64,000 nucleotides of DNA from the human T2T-CHM13v2.0 reference genome, Homo sapiens: assembly GCF_009914755.1 (NCBI RefSeq), contig NC_060948.1; one strand, 5' to 3'. The notes under the pieces are model-generated. The model was given only the letters and a program-made list of their open reading frames with translations, ran no database searches and was not told where the DNA came from. Each line of letters opens with the position of its first letter. Positions within the stretch are counted from its first letter, which is position 1. The position numbers and the translations under genes are program-made. Below are positions 13,501 to 27,800 of the stretch, in pieces.

Positions 13501-16500
13501 CATTCCATTACATTTGATCCTATTTTATTAAATTGCATTCTATTCGAGTGATTTCCATTCGAGTCCTTTCCATTCGATTCCATTCCATTCTATTCCATTC
13601 CTTTGGATTCCATTCCATTCCGTTCCGTTCACATCAATTCCTTGCGATTCCATTACATTCGATTTCTTGCCATTCGATTCCATTCCTTTTGACTCCATTT
13701 CATTCGATTCCATTCCATTCCATTAATTTCCATTCCATTCGAGACCTTTCCATTGCAGTCTTTTCCCTTCGAGTCCATTCCTTTCGATTCCCTTCCATTC
13801 GATTCCATTCCATTGGAGTCCGTACCAGTCGAGTCCATTCTATTCCAGTCCATTAGTTTCGACTCCATTGCATTCGAGTGCATTCCATTCCGTGGCTGTC
13901 CATTCCATTCCGTTTGATGCCATTCCATACGATTCCATTCAATTCGAGACCATTCTATTCCTGTCCATTCCTTGTGGTTCGATTCCATTTCACTCTAGTC
14001 CATTCCATTCCATTCAATTCCATTCGACTCTATTCCGTTCCATTCAATTCCATTCCATTCGATTCCATTTTTGTCGAGAACCTTCCATTACACTCCCTTC
14101 CATTCCAGTGCATTCCATTCCAGTCTCTTCAGTTCGATTCCATTCCATTCGTTTCGATTCCTTTCCATTCCAGCCCATTCCATTCCATTCCTTTCCTTTC
14201 CGTTTCATTAGATTCCATTGCATTCGATTCCATTCAATTCAATTCCATGCTATTCAATTTGATTCATTTCCATTTAATTCCATTCCATTAGATTCCATTC
14301 CGTACGATTCCATTCCTTTTGAATCCATTCCATTGGAGTCCATTCACTTCCAGAACATTCCATTCCAGTCGAATCCATTCGAGTACATTCCATTAAAGTT
14401 CATTAGATTCTAATACGTTCCATTCCATTGCATTCCATTCCATTCCATTCGATGCCATTCGATTCCATTCCGTGCCAAATCATTGCATTCCTTTCCATTC
14501 CGTTCCTATCAATTCCATTCCATTCGATTTAGTTCGATTCTATTCACTTCCACTCCATTCGATTCCATTCCATTGGAGTCAATTCCTTTCGACACCCAGC
14601 CTTTCCAGTCAATGATTTTGGATTCCATTTTTTTGCATTCCATTACATTCTATGACATTCGATTCCGTTTCATTGCATTCCATTCCATACATTTTTATTC
14701 CATTCGAGACCGTAGCATTCCACTTTATTCCAGGCCTGTCCATTACACTACATTCCCTTCCATTCCAATGAATTCCATTCCATTCCAATCCATTCCTTTC
14801 CTTTCGCTTGCATTCCATTCTATTCCCTTCTACTGCATACAATTTCACTCCATTCGTTCCCATTCCATTCAATTCCATTCCATTCAATTCCATTCCATTT
14901 GTTTCCATTCTCTTCGATTCCATTTCTTTATATTCCATGCCATTCGATTCCATTCTATTGGATTGCATTACATTCGTGTTCATTCCATTCCAGACCATTC
15001 CATTTGACTCCATTCCTTTCGAGCCCTTTCAATTTGAGTCCATTCCTTTCCAGTCCAGTTCACTCCAGTCCATTACTATCCATTCCATACCATTCCATCC
15101 CATTCCATTCCATTCCATTCCATTCCATTCCATTCCATTCCATTGCATTCAATTCCATTCCATTCCATTGCACTGCACTCCATTCCATTACATTCTACTC
15201 TATCTGAGTCGGTTTTATTGCATTAGATTCTATTCCATTGGATTACTTTCCATTCGATTACATTCCATTCATGTACATTCCATTCCAGTCAATTACATTC
15301 GAGTTCATTACATTACATTCCAGTATATTCCATTCTATTCGATCCCATTCCTTTCAATTCCATTTCATTCGACTCCATTATATTCGATTCCATTCCACTC
15401 GAATCCATTCCATTAGAGGACATTCCATTCCAATGCATTCCATTCCATTCCATAACATTCCATTGCATTCGATTCCATTCCATTTGATGCCATTCCATTT
15501 GATGCCATTCCATGACATTCCATTCCATTCGAGTCCATTCCGTTCCAATTCATTCCATTCCGTTTCATGAAATTCGAGTCCTTTCCAGTACATTTCATTC
15601 CAATCCCATCCAATCCAATCTACTCCATTCAATTCCTTTCCATTCCATTTGATTAGATTCCATTGATTTGATTCCATTCAGTTTGATTCCATTCCGTGAA
15701 ATTTCGTTCCATTCTATTCCATTGCATTACTTTCCATTCAATTCCATTCCATTTCATTTCAGTCCATTCGCTTCCTTTCCTTTCGATTCAATTCCATTTG
15801 ATTCCACTCCATTCTATGCGATTTCATTCCAATCGATTCAATTCCATTCGATGACATTCCTTTCGTTTCCATTCCATTCGAGTCCATTCAATTTGAGCAT
15901 TCGTGTCCATTCTATTCGAGTCCATTCCATTTCCGTCTATTCTATTCCCTTCCATTCCTGTTGATTCAATTTCATTCCCTTCCATTCGATTCCTTTCCAT
16001 TCGATTCCATTCCTTTCCATTCCATTCCATTCGTTCCCATTCCATGTGATTTCATTCCATTCCAGTCCATTATATTCGAGTCCACTCCACTCCATTCTAT
16101 TACATTCAATTCCTTTTGAGTCCGTTCCATAACACTCCATTCATTTCGCTTCCATTTCTTGCCAGTTTGCTTCCATTTTATTCCATTCCGTTCGATTCCA
16201 TTCCATTCGATTGCATTCCATTCGAATCCTTTCCATTCCATTTCATTCCATTCCTTTCTATTCCATTCCATTTCATTCGATTTGATTCCATTCTGTTCTA
16301 TTCCATTCAATTCTTTTTCATTCCATTCGAATCCTTTCTATTGCAGTCCATTCCGTTCGAGTCCATTCCAATCCCTTCCATTCCATTCCATTACAGTCCA
16401 TTCCAATAGATTCCATTCCTTTGCCTTCCATTCGAATCCATTCCATTCTAGTCCATTCCATTTGAGTCAATTCCATTCCATTCCATTCTATTCCTTTCCA

Positions 16501-19500
16501 ATCCATTAGATTCCATTCGATTCAATTCCATTTGATTCTCTTTCATTCTATTTTATTCCATGCCATTTGATTGCATTGCATTCCATTCCGTTTGATTCCA
16601 GTCCATTCAAGAAAGTTCCATTCCAGTCCATTGCTTTCCAGTCCATTCCATTCCATTCTAGTCTATTCCACTCCATTCCTTTCCATTCCATTCCATACTA
16701 TTCCATTCCATTCTTTTGCATTCCGTTTCCAATCTATTCGAGTCCATTGCATTCCAGTCCAGTCCATTCCATTACATTCCTTTTGATTCCCTGCCAGTCG
16801 ATTGCATTGCATACTACACCATTCCAAAGGAGTCCATTCCATTCTATCTCAACACTTTCCATTCCACTCTGTTCGAGTCCATTCCATTCCAGTCCATTTA
16901 ATTCAAGGGCATTCCATTCCATTCCATTCCATTCCATTCCATTCCATTCCATTTCATATTATTCCATTCCATTCAATTCCATTCCAGATGATTCCATTCC
17001 ATTCTATACCATTGCTCTCTGTTCCCTTCCATTCCATCTGTCTCCATTCCTTTCGTTTCGATTCCTTTCCATTCCATTCCATTACATTTGATCCTATTTT
17101 ATTAAATTGCATTCTATTCGAGTGATTTCCATTCGAGTCCTTTCCATTCGATTCCATTCCATTCTATTCCATTCCTTTGGATTCCATTCCATTCCCTTCC
17201 GTTCACATCAATTCCTTGCGATTCCATTACATTCGATTTCTTGCCATTCGATTCCATTCCTTTTGACTCCATTTCATTCGATTCCATTCCATTCCATTAA
17301 TTTCCATTCCATTCGAGACCATTCCATTGCAGTCTTTTCCCTTCGAGTCCATTCCGTTCGATTCCCTTCCATTCGATTCCATTCCATTGGAGTCCGTACC
17401 AGTCGAGTCCATTCTATTCCAGTCCATTAGTTTCGACTCCATTACATTCGAGTGCATTCCATTCCGTGGCTGTCCATTCCATTCCGTTTGATGCCATTCC
17501 ATACGATTCCATTCAATTCGAGACCATTCTATTCCTGTCCATTCCTTGTGCTTCGATTCCATTTCACTCTAGTCCATTCCATTCCATTCAATTCCATTCG
17601 ACTCTATTCCGTTCCATTCAATTCCATTCCATTCGATTCCATTTTTTTCGAGAACCTTCCATTACACTCCCTTCCATTCCAGTGCATTCCATTCCAGTCT
17701 CTTCAGTTCGATTCCATTCCATTCGTTTCGATTCCTTTCCATTCCAGCCCATTCCATTCCATTCCATTCCTTTCCTTTCCGTTTCATTAGATTCCATTGC
17801 ATTCCATTCCATTCAATTCAATTCCGTGCTATTCAATTTGATTCATATCCATTTAATTCCATTCCATTAGATTCCATTCCGTACGATTCCATTCCTTTGG
17901 AATCCATTCCATTGGAGTCCATTCACTTCCAGAACATTCCATTCCAGTCGAATCCATTCGAGTACATTCCATTAAAGTTCATTACATTCTAATACATTCC
18001 ATTCCATTGCATTCCATTCCATTCCATTCGATGCCATTCGATTCCATTCCATGCCAAATCATTGCATTCCTTTCCATTCCGTTCCTATCAATTCCATTCC
18101 ATTCGATTTAGTTCGATTCTATTCACTTCCATTCCATTCGATTCCATTCCATTGGAGTCAATTCCTTTCGACACCCAGCCTTTCCAGTCAATGATTTTGG
18201 AGTCCATTTTTTTGCATTCCATTACATTCTATGACATTCGATTCCGTTTCATTGCATTCCATTCCATACATTTTTATTCCATTCGAGACCGTAGCATTCC
18301 ACTTTATTCCAGACCTGTCCATTACACTACATTCCCTTCCATTCCAATGAATTCCATTCCATTCCAATCCATTCCTTTCCTTTCGCTTGCATTCCATTCT
18401 ATTCCCTTCTACTGCATACAATTTCACTCCATTCGTTCCCATTCCATTCAATTCCATTCCATTCAATTCCATTCCATTTGTTTCCATTCTCTTCGATTCC
18501 ATTTCTTTATATTCCATGCCATTCGATTCCATTCTATTGGATTGCATGACTTTCGTGTTCATTCCATTCCAGACCATTCCATTTGACTCCATTCCTTTCG
18601 AGCCCTTTCAATTTGAGTCCATTCCTTTCCAGTCCATTTCACTCCAGTCCATTACTATCCATTCCATACCATTCCATCCCATTCCATTAAATTCCATTCC
18701 ATTCCATTCCATTCCATTCCATTGCATTCCATTCCATTCCATTCCATTGCACTGCACTCCATTCCATTACATTCTACTCTATTTGAGTCGATTTTATTGC
18801 ATTAGATTCTATTCCATTGGATTACTTTCCATTCGATTACATTCCATTAATGTACATTCCATTCCAGTCAATTACATTCGAGTTCATTAGATTACATTCC
18901 AGTATATTCCATTCTATTTGATCCCATTCCTTTCAATTCCATTTCATTCGACTCCATTATATTCGATTCCATTCCACTCGAATCCATTCCATTAGAGGAC
19001 ATTCCATTCCAATGCATTCCATTCCATTCCATAGCATTCCATTGCATTCGATTCCATTCCATTTGATGCCATTCCATTTGATGCCATTCCATGACATTCC
19101 ATTCCATTCGAGTCCATTCCGTTCCAATTCATTCCATTCCGTTTCATGAAATTCGAGTCCTTTCCAGTACATTTCATTCCAATCCCATCCAATCCAATCT
19201 ACTCCATTCAATTCCTTTCCATTCCATTTGATTAGATTCCATTGATTTGATTCCATTCAGTTTGATTCCATTCCGTGAAATTTCGTTCCATTCTATTCCA
19301 TTGCATTACTTTCCATTCAATTCCATTCCATTTCATTTCAGTCCATTCGATTCCTTTCCTTTCGATTCAATTCCATTTGATTCCACTCCATTCTATGCGA
19401 TTTCATTCCAATCGATTCAATTCCATTCGATGACATTCCTTTCGTTTCCATTCCATTCGAGTCCATTCAATTTGAGTATTCGTGTCCATTCAATTCGAGT

Positions 19501-21900
19501 CCATTCCATTACCGTCTATTCTATTCCCTTCCATTCCTGTTGATTCAATTTCATTCCCTTCCATTCGATTCCTTTCCATTCAATTCCATTCCTTTCCATT
19601 CCATTCCATTCCTTCCCATTCCATGTGATTTCATTCCATTCCAGTCCATTATATTCGAGTCCACTCCACTCCATTCTATTACATTCAATTCCTTTTGAGT
19701 CCGTTCCATAACACTCCATTCATTTCGATTCCATTTCTTGCCAGTTTTCTTCCATTTTATTCCATTCCGTTCGATTCCCTTCCATTCGATTGCATTCCAT
19801 TCGAATCCTTTCCATTCCATTTCATTCCATTCCTTTCTATTCCATTCCATTTCATTCGATTTGATTCCATTCTGTTCTATTCCATTCAATTCTTTTTCAT
19901 TCCATTCGAATCCTTTCTATTGCAGTCCATTCCATTCGAGTCCATTCCAATCCCTTCCATTCCATTCCATTACAGTCCATTCCAATAGATTCCATTCCTT
20001 TGCCTTCCATTCGAATCCATTCCATTCTAGTCCATTCCATTTGAGTCAATTCCATTCCATTCCATTCTATTCCTTTCCAATCCATTCGATTCCATTCGAT
20101 TCAATTCCATTTGATTCTCTTTCATTCTATTTTATTCCATGCCATTTGATTGCATTGCATTCCATTCCGTTTGATTCCAGTCCATTCAAGAAAGTTCCAT
20201 TCCAGTCCATTGCTTTCCAGTCCATTCCATTCCACTCTAGTCTATTCCACTCCATTCCTTTCCATTCCATTCCATACTATTCTATTCCATTCCTTTGCAT
20301 TCCGTTTGCAATCTATTCGAGTCCATTGCATCCAGTCCAATCCATTCGATTACATTCCTTTTGATTCCCTGCCAGTCGATTGCATTGCATACTAGACCAT
20401 TCCAAACGAGTCCATTCCATTCTATCTCAAAACTTTCCATTCCACTCTGTTCGAGTCCATTCCATTCCAGTCCATTTAATTCAAGGGCATTCCATTCCAT
20501 TCCATTCCATTCCATTTCATATTATTCCATTCCATTCAATTCCATTCCAGATGATTCCATTCCATTCTATACCATTGCTCTCTGTTCCATTCCATTCCAT
20601 CTGTCTCCATTCCTTTCGTTTCGATTCCTTTCCATTCCATTCCATTACATTTGATCCTATTTTATTAAATTGCATTCTATTCGAGTGATTTCCATTCGAG
20701 TCCTTTCCATTCGATTCCATTCCATTCTATTCCATTCCTTTGGATTCCATTCCATTCCGTTCCGTTCACATCAATTCCTTGCGATTCCATTACATTCGAT
20801 TTCTTGCCATTCGATTCCATTCCTTTTGACTCCATTTCATTCGATTCCATTCCATTCCATTAATTTCCATTCCATTCGAGACCTTTCCATTGCAGTCTTT
20901 TCCCTTCGAGTCCATTCCGTTCGATTCCCTTCCATTCGATTCCATTCCATTGGAGTCCGTACCAGTCGAGTCCATTCTATTCCAGTCCATTAGTTTCGAC
21001 TCCATTGCATTCGAGTGCATTCCATTCCGTGGCTGTCCATTCCATTCCGTTTGATGCCATTCCATACGATTCCATTCAATTCGAGACCATTCTATTCCTG
21101 TCCATTCCTTGTGGTTCGATTCCATTTCACTCTAGTCCATTCCATTCCATTCAATTCCATTCGACTCTATTCCGTTCCATTCAATTCCATTCCATTCGAT
21201 TCCATTTTTGTCGAGAACCTTCCATTACACTCCCTTCCATTCCAGTGCATTCCATTCCAGTCTCTTCAGTTCGATTCCATTCCATTCGTTTCGATTCCTT
21301 TCCATTCCAGCCCATTCCATTCCATTCCTTTCCTTTCCGTTTCATTAGATTCCATTGCATTCGATTCCATTCAATTCAATTCCATGCTATTCAATTTGAT
21401 TCATTTCCATTTAATTCCATTCCATTAGATTCCATTCCGTACGATTCCATTCCTTTTGAATCCATTCCATTGGAGTCCATTCACTTCCAGAACATTCCAT
21501 TCCAGTCGAATCCATTCGAGTACATTCCATTAAAGTTCATTAGATTCTAATACGTTCCATTCCATTGCATTCCATTCCATTCCATTCGATGCCATTCGAT
21601 TCCATTCCGTGCCAAATCATTGCATTCCTTTCCATTCCGTTCCTATCAATTCCATTCCATTCGATTTAGTTCGATTCTATTCACTTCCACTCCATTCGAT
21701 TCCATTCCATTGGAGTCAATTCCTTTCGACACCCAGCCTTTCCAGTCAATGATTTTGGATTCCATTTTTTTGCATTCCATTACATTCTATGACATTCGAT
21801 TCCGTTTCATTGCATTCCATTCCATACATTTTTATTCCATTCGAGACCGTAGCATTCCACTTTATTCCAGGCCTGTCCATTACACTACATTCCCTTCCAT
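7600..21900 (+). repeat. Two-unit (7138 bp) tandem duplication within the full-length sub-array
   Basis: Private variants recur at +7138/7137: ccagttcac (~7917/15055), ttcgcttccatttcttgccagtttgc (~9007/16145), gcatgactttcg (~11406/18544), gagtattcgtgtccattcaattc (~12336/19474), tgtcgagaa (~14072/21209), ttagattctaatacg (~14403/21540). Confidence 0.88.
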
Positions 21901-24900
21901 TCCAATGAATTCCATTCCATTCCAATCCATTCCTTTCCTTTCGCTTGCATTCCATTCTATTCCCTTCTACTGCATACAATTTCACTCCATTCGTTCCCAT
22001 TCCATTCAATTCCATTCCATTCAATTCCATTCCATTTGTTTCCATTCTCTTCGATTCCATTTCTTTATATTCCATGCCATTCGATTCCATTCTATTGGAA
22101 TGCGTTACATTCGTGTTCATTCCATTCCAGACCATTCCATTTGACTCCATTCCTTTCGAGCCCTTTCAATTTGAGTCCATTCCTTTCCAGTCCATTTCAC
22201 TCCAGTCCATTACTATCCATTGCATACCATTCCATCCCATTCCATTCCATTCCATTCCATTCCATTCCATTCCATTCCATTGCACTGCACTCCATTCCAT
22301 TACATTCTACTCTATCTGAGTCGGTTTTATTGCATTAGATTCTATTCCATTGGATTACTTTCCATTCGATTACATTCCATTCATGTACATTCCATTCCAG
22401 TCAATTACATTCGAGTTCATTACATTACATTCCAGTATATTCCATTCTATTCGATCCCATTCCTTTCAATTCCATTTCATTCGACTCCATTATATTCGAT
22501 TCCATTCCACTCAAATCCATTCCATTAGAGGACATTCCATTCCAATGCATTCCATTCCATTCCATAACATTCCATTGCATTCGATTCCATTCCATTTGAT
22601 GCCATTCCATGACATTCCATTCCATTCGAGTCCATTCCGTTCCAATTCATTCCATTCCATTTCATGAAATTCGAGTCCTTTCCAGTACATTTCATTCCAA
22701 TCCCATCCAATCCAATCTACTCCATTCAATTCCTTTCCATTCCATTTGATTAGATTCCATTGATTTGATTCCATTCAGTTTGATTCCATTCCGTGAAATT
22801 TCGTTCCATTCTATTCCATTGCATTACTTTCCATTCAATTCCATTCCATTTCATTTCAGTCCATTCGCTTCCTTTCCTTTCGATTCAATTCCATTTGATT
22901 CCACTCCATTCTATGCGATTTCATTCCAATCGATTCAATTCCATTCGATGACATTCCTTTCGTTTCCATTCCATTCGAGTCCATTCAATTTGAGCATTCG
23001 TGTCCATTCTATTCGAGTCCATTCCATTTCCGTCTATTCTATTCCCTTCCATTCCTGTTGATTCAATTTCGTTCCCTTCCATTCGATTCCTTTCCATTCG
23101 ATTCCATTCCTTTCCATTCCATTCCATTCGTTCCCATTCCATGTGATTTCATTCCATTCCAGTCCATTATATTCGAGTCCACTCCACTCCATTCTATTAC
23201 ATTCAATTCCTTTTGAGTCCGTTCCATAACACTCCATTCATTTCGATTCCATTTCTTGCCAGTTTTCTTCCATTTTATTCCATTCCGTTCGATTCCATTC
23301 CATTCGATTGCATTCCATTCGAATCCTTTCCATTCCATTTCATTCCATTCCTTTCTATTCCATTCCATTTCATTCGATTTGATTCCATTCTGTTCTATTC
23401 CATTCAATTCTTTTTCATTCCATTCGAATCCTTTCTATTGCAGTCCATTCCATTCGAGTCCATTCCAATCCCTTCCATTCCATTCCATTACAGTCCATTC
23501 CAATAGATTCCATTCCTTTGCCTTCCATTCGAATCCATTCCATTCTAGTCCATTCCATTTGAGTCAATTCCATTCCATTCCATTCTATTCCTTTCCAATC
23601 CATTAGATTCCATTCGATTCAATTCCATTTGATTCTCTTTCATTCTATTTTATTCCATGCCATTTGATTGCATTGCATTCCATTCCGTTTGATTCCAGTC
23701 CATTCAAGAAAGTTCCATTCCATTCCATTGCTTTCCAGTCCATTCCATTCCATTCTAGTCTATTCCACTCCATTCCTTTCCATTCCATTCCATACTATTC
23801 CATTCCATTCTTTTGCATTCCGTTTCCAATCTATTCGAGTCCATTGCATTCCAGTCCAGTCCATTCCATTACATTCCTTTTGATTCCCTGCCAGTCGATT
23901 GCATTGCATACTACACCATTCCAAACGAGTCCATTCCATTCTATCTCAACACTTTCCATTCCACTCTGTTCGAGTCCATTCCATTCCAGTCCATTTAATT
24001 CAAGGGCATTCCATTCCATTCCATTCCATTCCATTTCATATTATTCCATTCCATTCAATTCCATTCCAGATGATTCCATTCCATTCTATACCATTGCTCT
24101 CTGTTCCCTTCCATTCCATCTGTCTCCATTCCTTTCGTTTCGATTCCTTTCCATTCCATTCCATTACATTTGATCCTATTTTATTAAATTGCATTCTATT
24201 CGAGTGATTTCCATTCGAGTCCTTTCCATTCGATTCCGTTCCATTCTATTCCATTCCTTTGGATTCCATTCCATTCCGTTCCGTTCACATCAATTCCTTG
24301 CGATTCCATTCCATTCGATTTCTTGCCATTCGATTCCATTCCTTTTGACTCCATTTCATTCGATTCCATTCCATTCCATTAATTTCCATTCCATTCGAGA
24401 CCATTCCATTGCAGTCTTTTCCCTTCGAGTCCATTCCGTTCGATTCCCTTCCATTCGATTCCATTCCATTGGAGTCCGTACCAGTCGAGTCCATTCTATT
24501 CCAGTCCATTAGTTTCGACTCCATTACATTCGAGTGCATTCCATTCCGTGGCTGTCCATTCCATTCCGTTTGATGCCATTCCATACGATTCCATTCAATT
24601 CGAGACCATTCTATTCCTGTCCATTCCTTGTGCTTCGATTCCAATTCACTCTAGTCCATTCCATTCCATTCAATTCCATTCGACTCTATTCCGTTCCATT
24701 CAATTCCATTCCATTCGATTCCATTTTTTTCGAGAACCTTCCATTACACTCCCTTCCATTCCAGTGCATTCCATTCCAGTCTCTTCAGTTCGATTCCATT
24801 CCATTCGTTTCGATTCCTTTCCATTCCAGCCCATTCCATTCCATTCCATTCCTTTCCTTTCCGTTTCATTAGATTCCATTGCATTCCATTCCATTCAATT

Positions 24901-27800
24901 CAATTCCGTGCTATTCAATTTGATTCATATCCATTTAATTCCATTCCATTAGATTCCATTCCGTACGATTCCATTCCTTTGGAATCCATTCCAATGGAGT
25001 CCATTCACTTCCAGAACATTCCATTCCAGTCGAATCCATTCGAGTACATTCCATTAAAGTTCATTACATTCTAATACATTCCATTCCATTGCATTCCATT
25101 CCATTCCATTCGATGCCATTCGATTCCATTCCATGCCAAATCATTGCATTCCTTTCCATTCCGTTCCTATCAATTCCATTCCATTCGATTTAGTTCGATT
25201 CTATTCACTTCCATTCCATTCGATTCCATTCCATTGGAGTCAATTCCTTTCGACACCCAGCCTTTCCAGTCAATGATTTTGGATTCCATTTTTTTGCATT
25301 CCATTACATTCTATGACATTCGATTCCGTTTCATTGCATTCCATTCCATACATTTTTATTCCATTCGAGACCGTAGCATTCCACTTTATTCCAGACCTGT
25401 CCATTACACTACATTCCCTTCCATTCCAATGAATTCCATTCCATTCCAATCCATTCCTTTCCTTTCGCTTGCATTCCATTCTATTCCCTTCTACTGCATA
25501 CAATTTCACTCCATTCGTTCCCATTCCATTCAATTCCATTCCATTCAATTCCATTCCATTTGTTTCCATTCTCTTCGATTCCATTTCTTTATATTCCATG
25601 CCATTCGATTCCATTCTATTGAATTGCATTACTTTCGTGTTCATTCCATTCCAGACCATTCCATTTGACTCCATTCTTTCGAGCCCTTTCAATTTGAGTC
25701 CATTCCTTTCCAGTCCATTTCACTCCAGTCCATTACTATCCATTCCATACCATTCCATCCCATTCCATTAAATTCCATTCCATTCCATTCCATTCCATTG
25801 CATTCCATTCCATTCCATTCCATTGCACTGCACTCCATTCCATTACATTCTACTCTATTTGAGTCGATTTTATTGCATTAGATTCTATTCCATTGGATTA
25901 CTTTCCATTCGATTACATTCCATTCATGTACATTCCATTCCAGTCAATTACATTCGAGTTCATTACATTACATTCCAGTATATTCCATTCTATTCGATCC
26001 CATTCCTTTCAATTCCATTTCATTCGACTCCATTATATTCGATTCCATTCCACTCGAATCCATTCCATTAGAGGACATTCCATTCCAATGCATTCCATTC
26101 CATTCCATAGCATTCCATTGCATTCGATTCCATTCCATTTGATGCCATTCCATTTGATGCCATTCCATGACATTCCATTCCATTCGAGTCCATTCCGTTC
26201 CAATTCATTCCATTCCGTTTCATGAAATTCGAGTCCTTTCCAGTACATTTCATTCCAATCCCATCCAATCCAATCTACTCCATTCAATTCCTTTCCATTC
26301 CATTTGATTAGATTCCATTGATTTGATTCCATTCAGTTTGATTCCATTCCGTGAAATTTCGTTCCATTCTATTCCATTGCATTACTTTCCATTCAATTCC
26401 ATTCCATTTCATTTCAGTCCATTCGCTTCCTTTCCTTTCGATTCAATTCCATTTGATTCCACTCCATTCTATGCGATTTCATTCCAATCGATTCAATTCC
26501 ATTCGATGACATTCCTTTCGTTTCCATTCCATTCGAGTCCATTCAATTTGAGCATTCGTGTCCATTCTATTCGAGTCCATTCCATTTCCGTCTATTCTAT
26601 TCCCTTCCATTCCTGTTGATTCAATTTCGTTCCCTTCCATTCGATTCCTTTCCATTCGATTCCATTCCTTTCCATTCCATTCCATTCGTTCCCATTCCAT
26701 GTGATTTCATTCCATTCCAGTCCATTATATTCGAGTCCACTCCACTCCATTCTATTACATTCAATTCCTTTTGAGTCCGTTCCATAACACTCCATTCATT
26801 TCGATTCCATTTCTTGCCAGTTTTCTTCCATTTTATTCCATTCCGTTCGATTCCATTCCATTCGATTGCATTCCATTCGAATCCTTTCCATTCCATTTCA
26901 TTCCATTCCTTTCTATTCCATTCCATTTCATTCGATTTGATTCCATTCTGTTCTATTCCATTCAATTCTTTTTCATTCCATTCGAATCCTTTCTATTGCA
27001 GTCCATTCCATTCGAGTCCATTCCAATCCCTTCCATTCCATTCCATTACAGTCCATTCCAATAGATTCCATTCCTTTGCCTTCCATTCAAATCCATTCCA
27101 TTCTAGTCCATTCCATTTGAGTCAATTCCATTCCATTCCATTCTATTCCTTTCCAATCCATTCGATTCCATTCGATTCAATTCCATTTGATTCTCTTTCA
27201 TTCCATTTTATTCCATGCCATTTGATTGCATTGCATTCCATTCCGTTTGATTCCAGTCCATTCAAGAAAGTTCCATTCCATTCCATTGCTTTCCAGTCCA
27301 TTCCATTCCATTCTAGTCTATTCCACTCCATTCCTTTCCATTCCATTCCATACTATTCCATTCCATTCTTTTGCATTCCGTTTCCAATCTATTCGAGTCC
27401 ATTGCATTCCAGTCCAGTCCATTCCATTACATTCCTTTTGATTCCCTGCCAGTCGATTGCATTGCATACTACACCATTCCAAACGAGTCCATTCCATTCT
27501 ATCTCAACACTTTCCATTCCACTCTGTTCGAGTCCATTCCATTCCAGTCCATTTAATTCAAGGGCATTCCATTCCATTCCATTCCATTCCATTTCATATT
27601 ATTCCATTCCATTCAATTCCATTCCAGATGATTCCATTCCATTCTATACCATTGCTCTCTGTTCCATTCCATTCCATCTGTCTCCATTCCTTTCGTTTCG
27701 ATTCCTTTCCATTCCATTCCATTACATTTGATCCTATTTTATTAAATTGCATTCTATTCGAGTGATTTCCATTCGAGTCCTTTCCATTCGATTCCATTCC

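Larger units (their letters stand above)
1..27800 (+). repeat. DYZ1: Sub-array of ~8 full-length DYZ1 units (~3.52-3.58 kb each)
   Basis: Equivalent pseudo-ORF starts at 208, 3762, 7345, 10924, 14483, 18062, 21620, 25144 (spacings 3554, 3583, 3579, 3559, 3579, 3558, 3524). The right boundary is only resolvable to 27600-28010. Confidence 0.95.
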
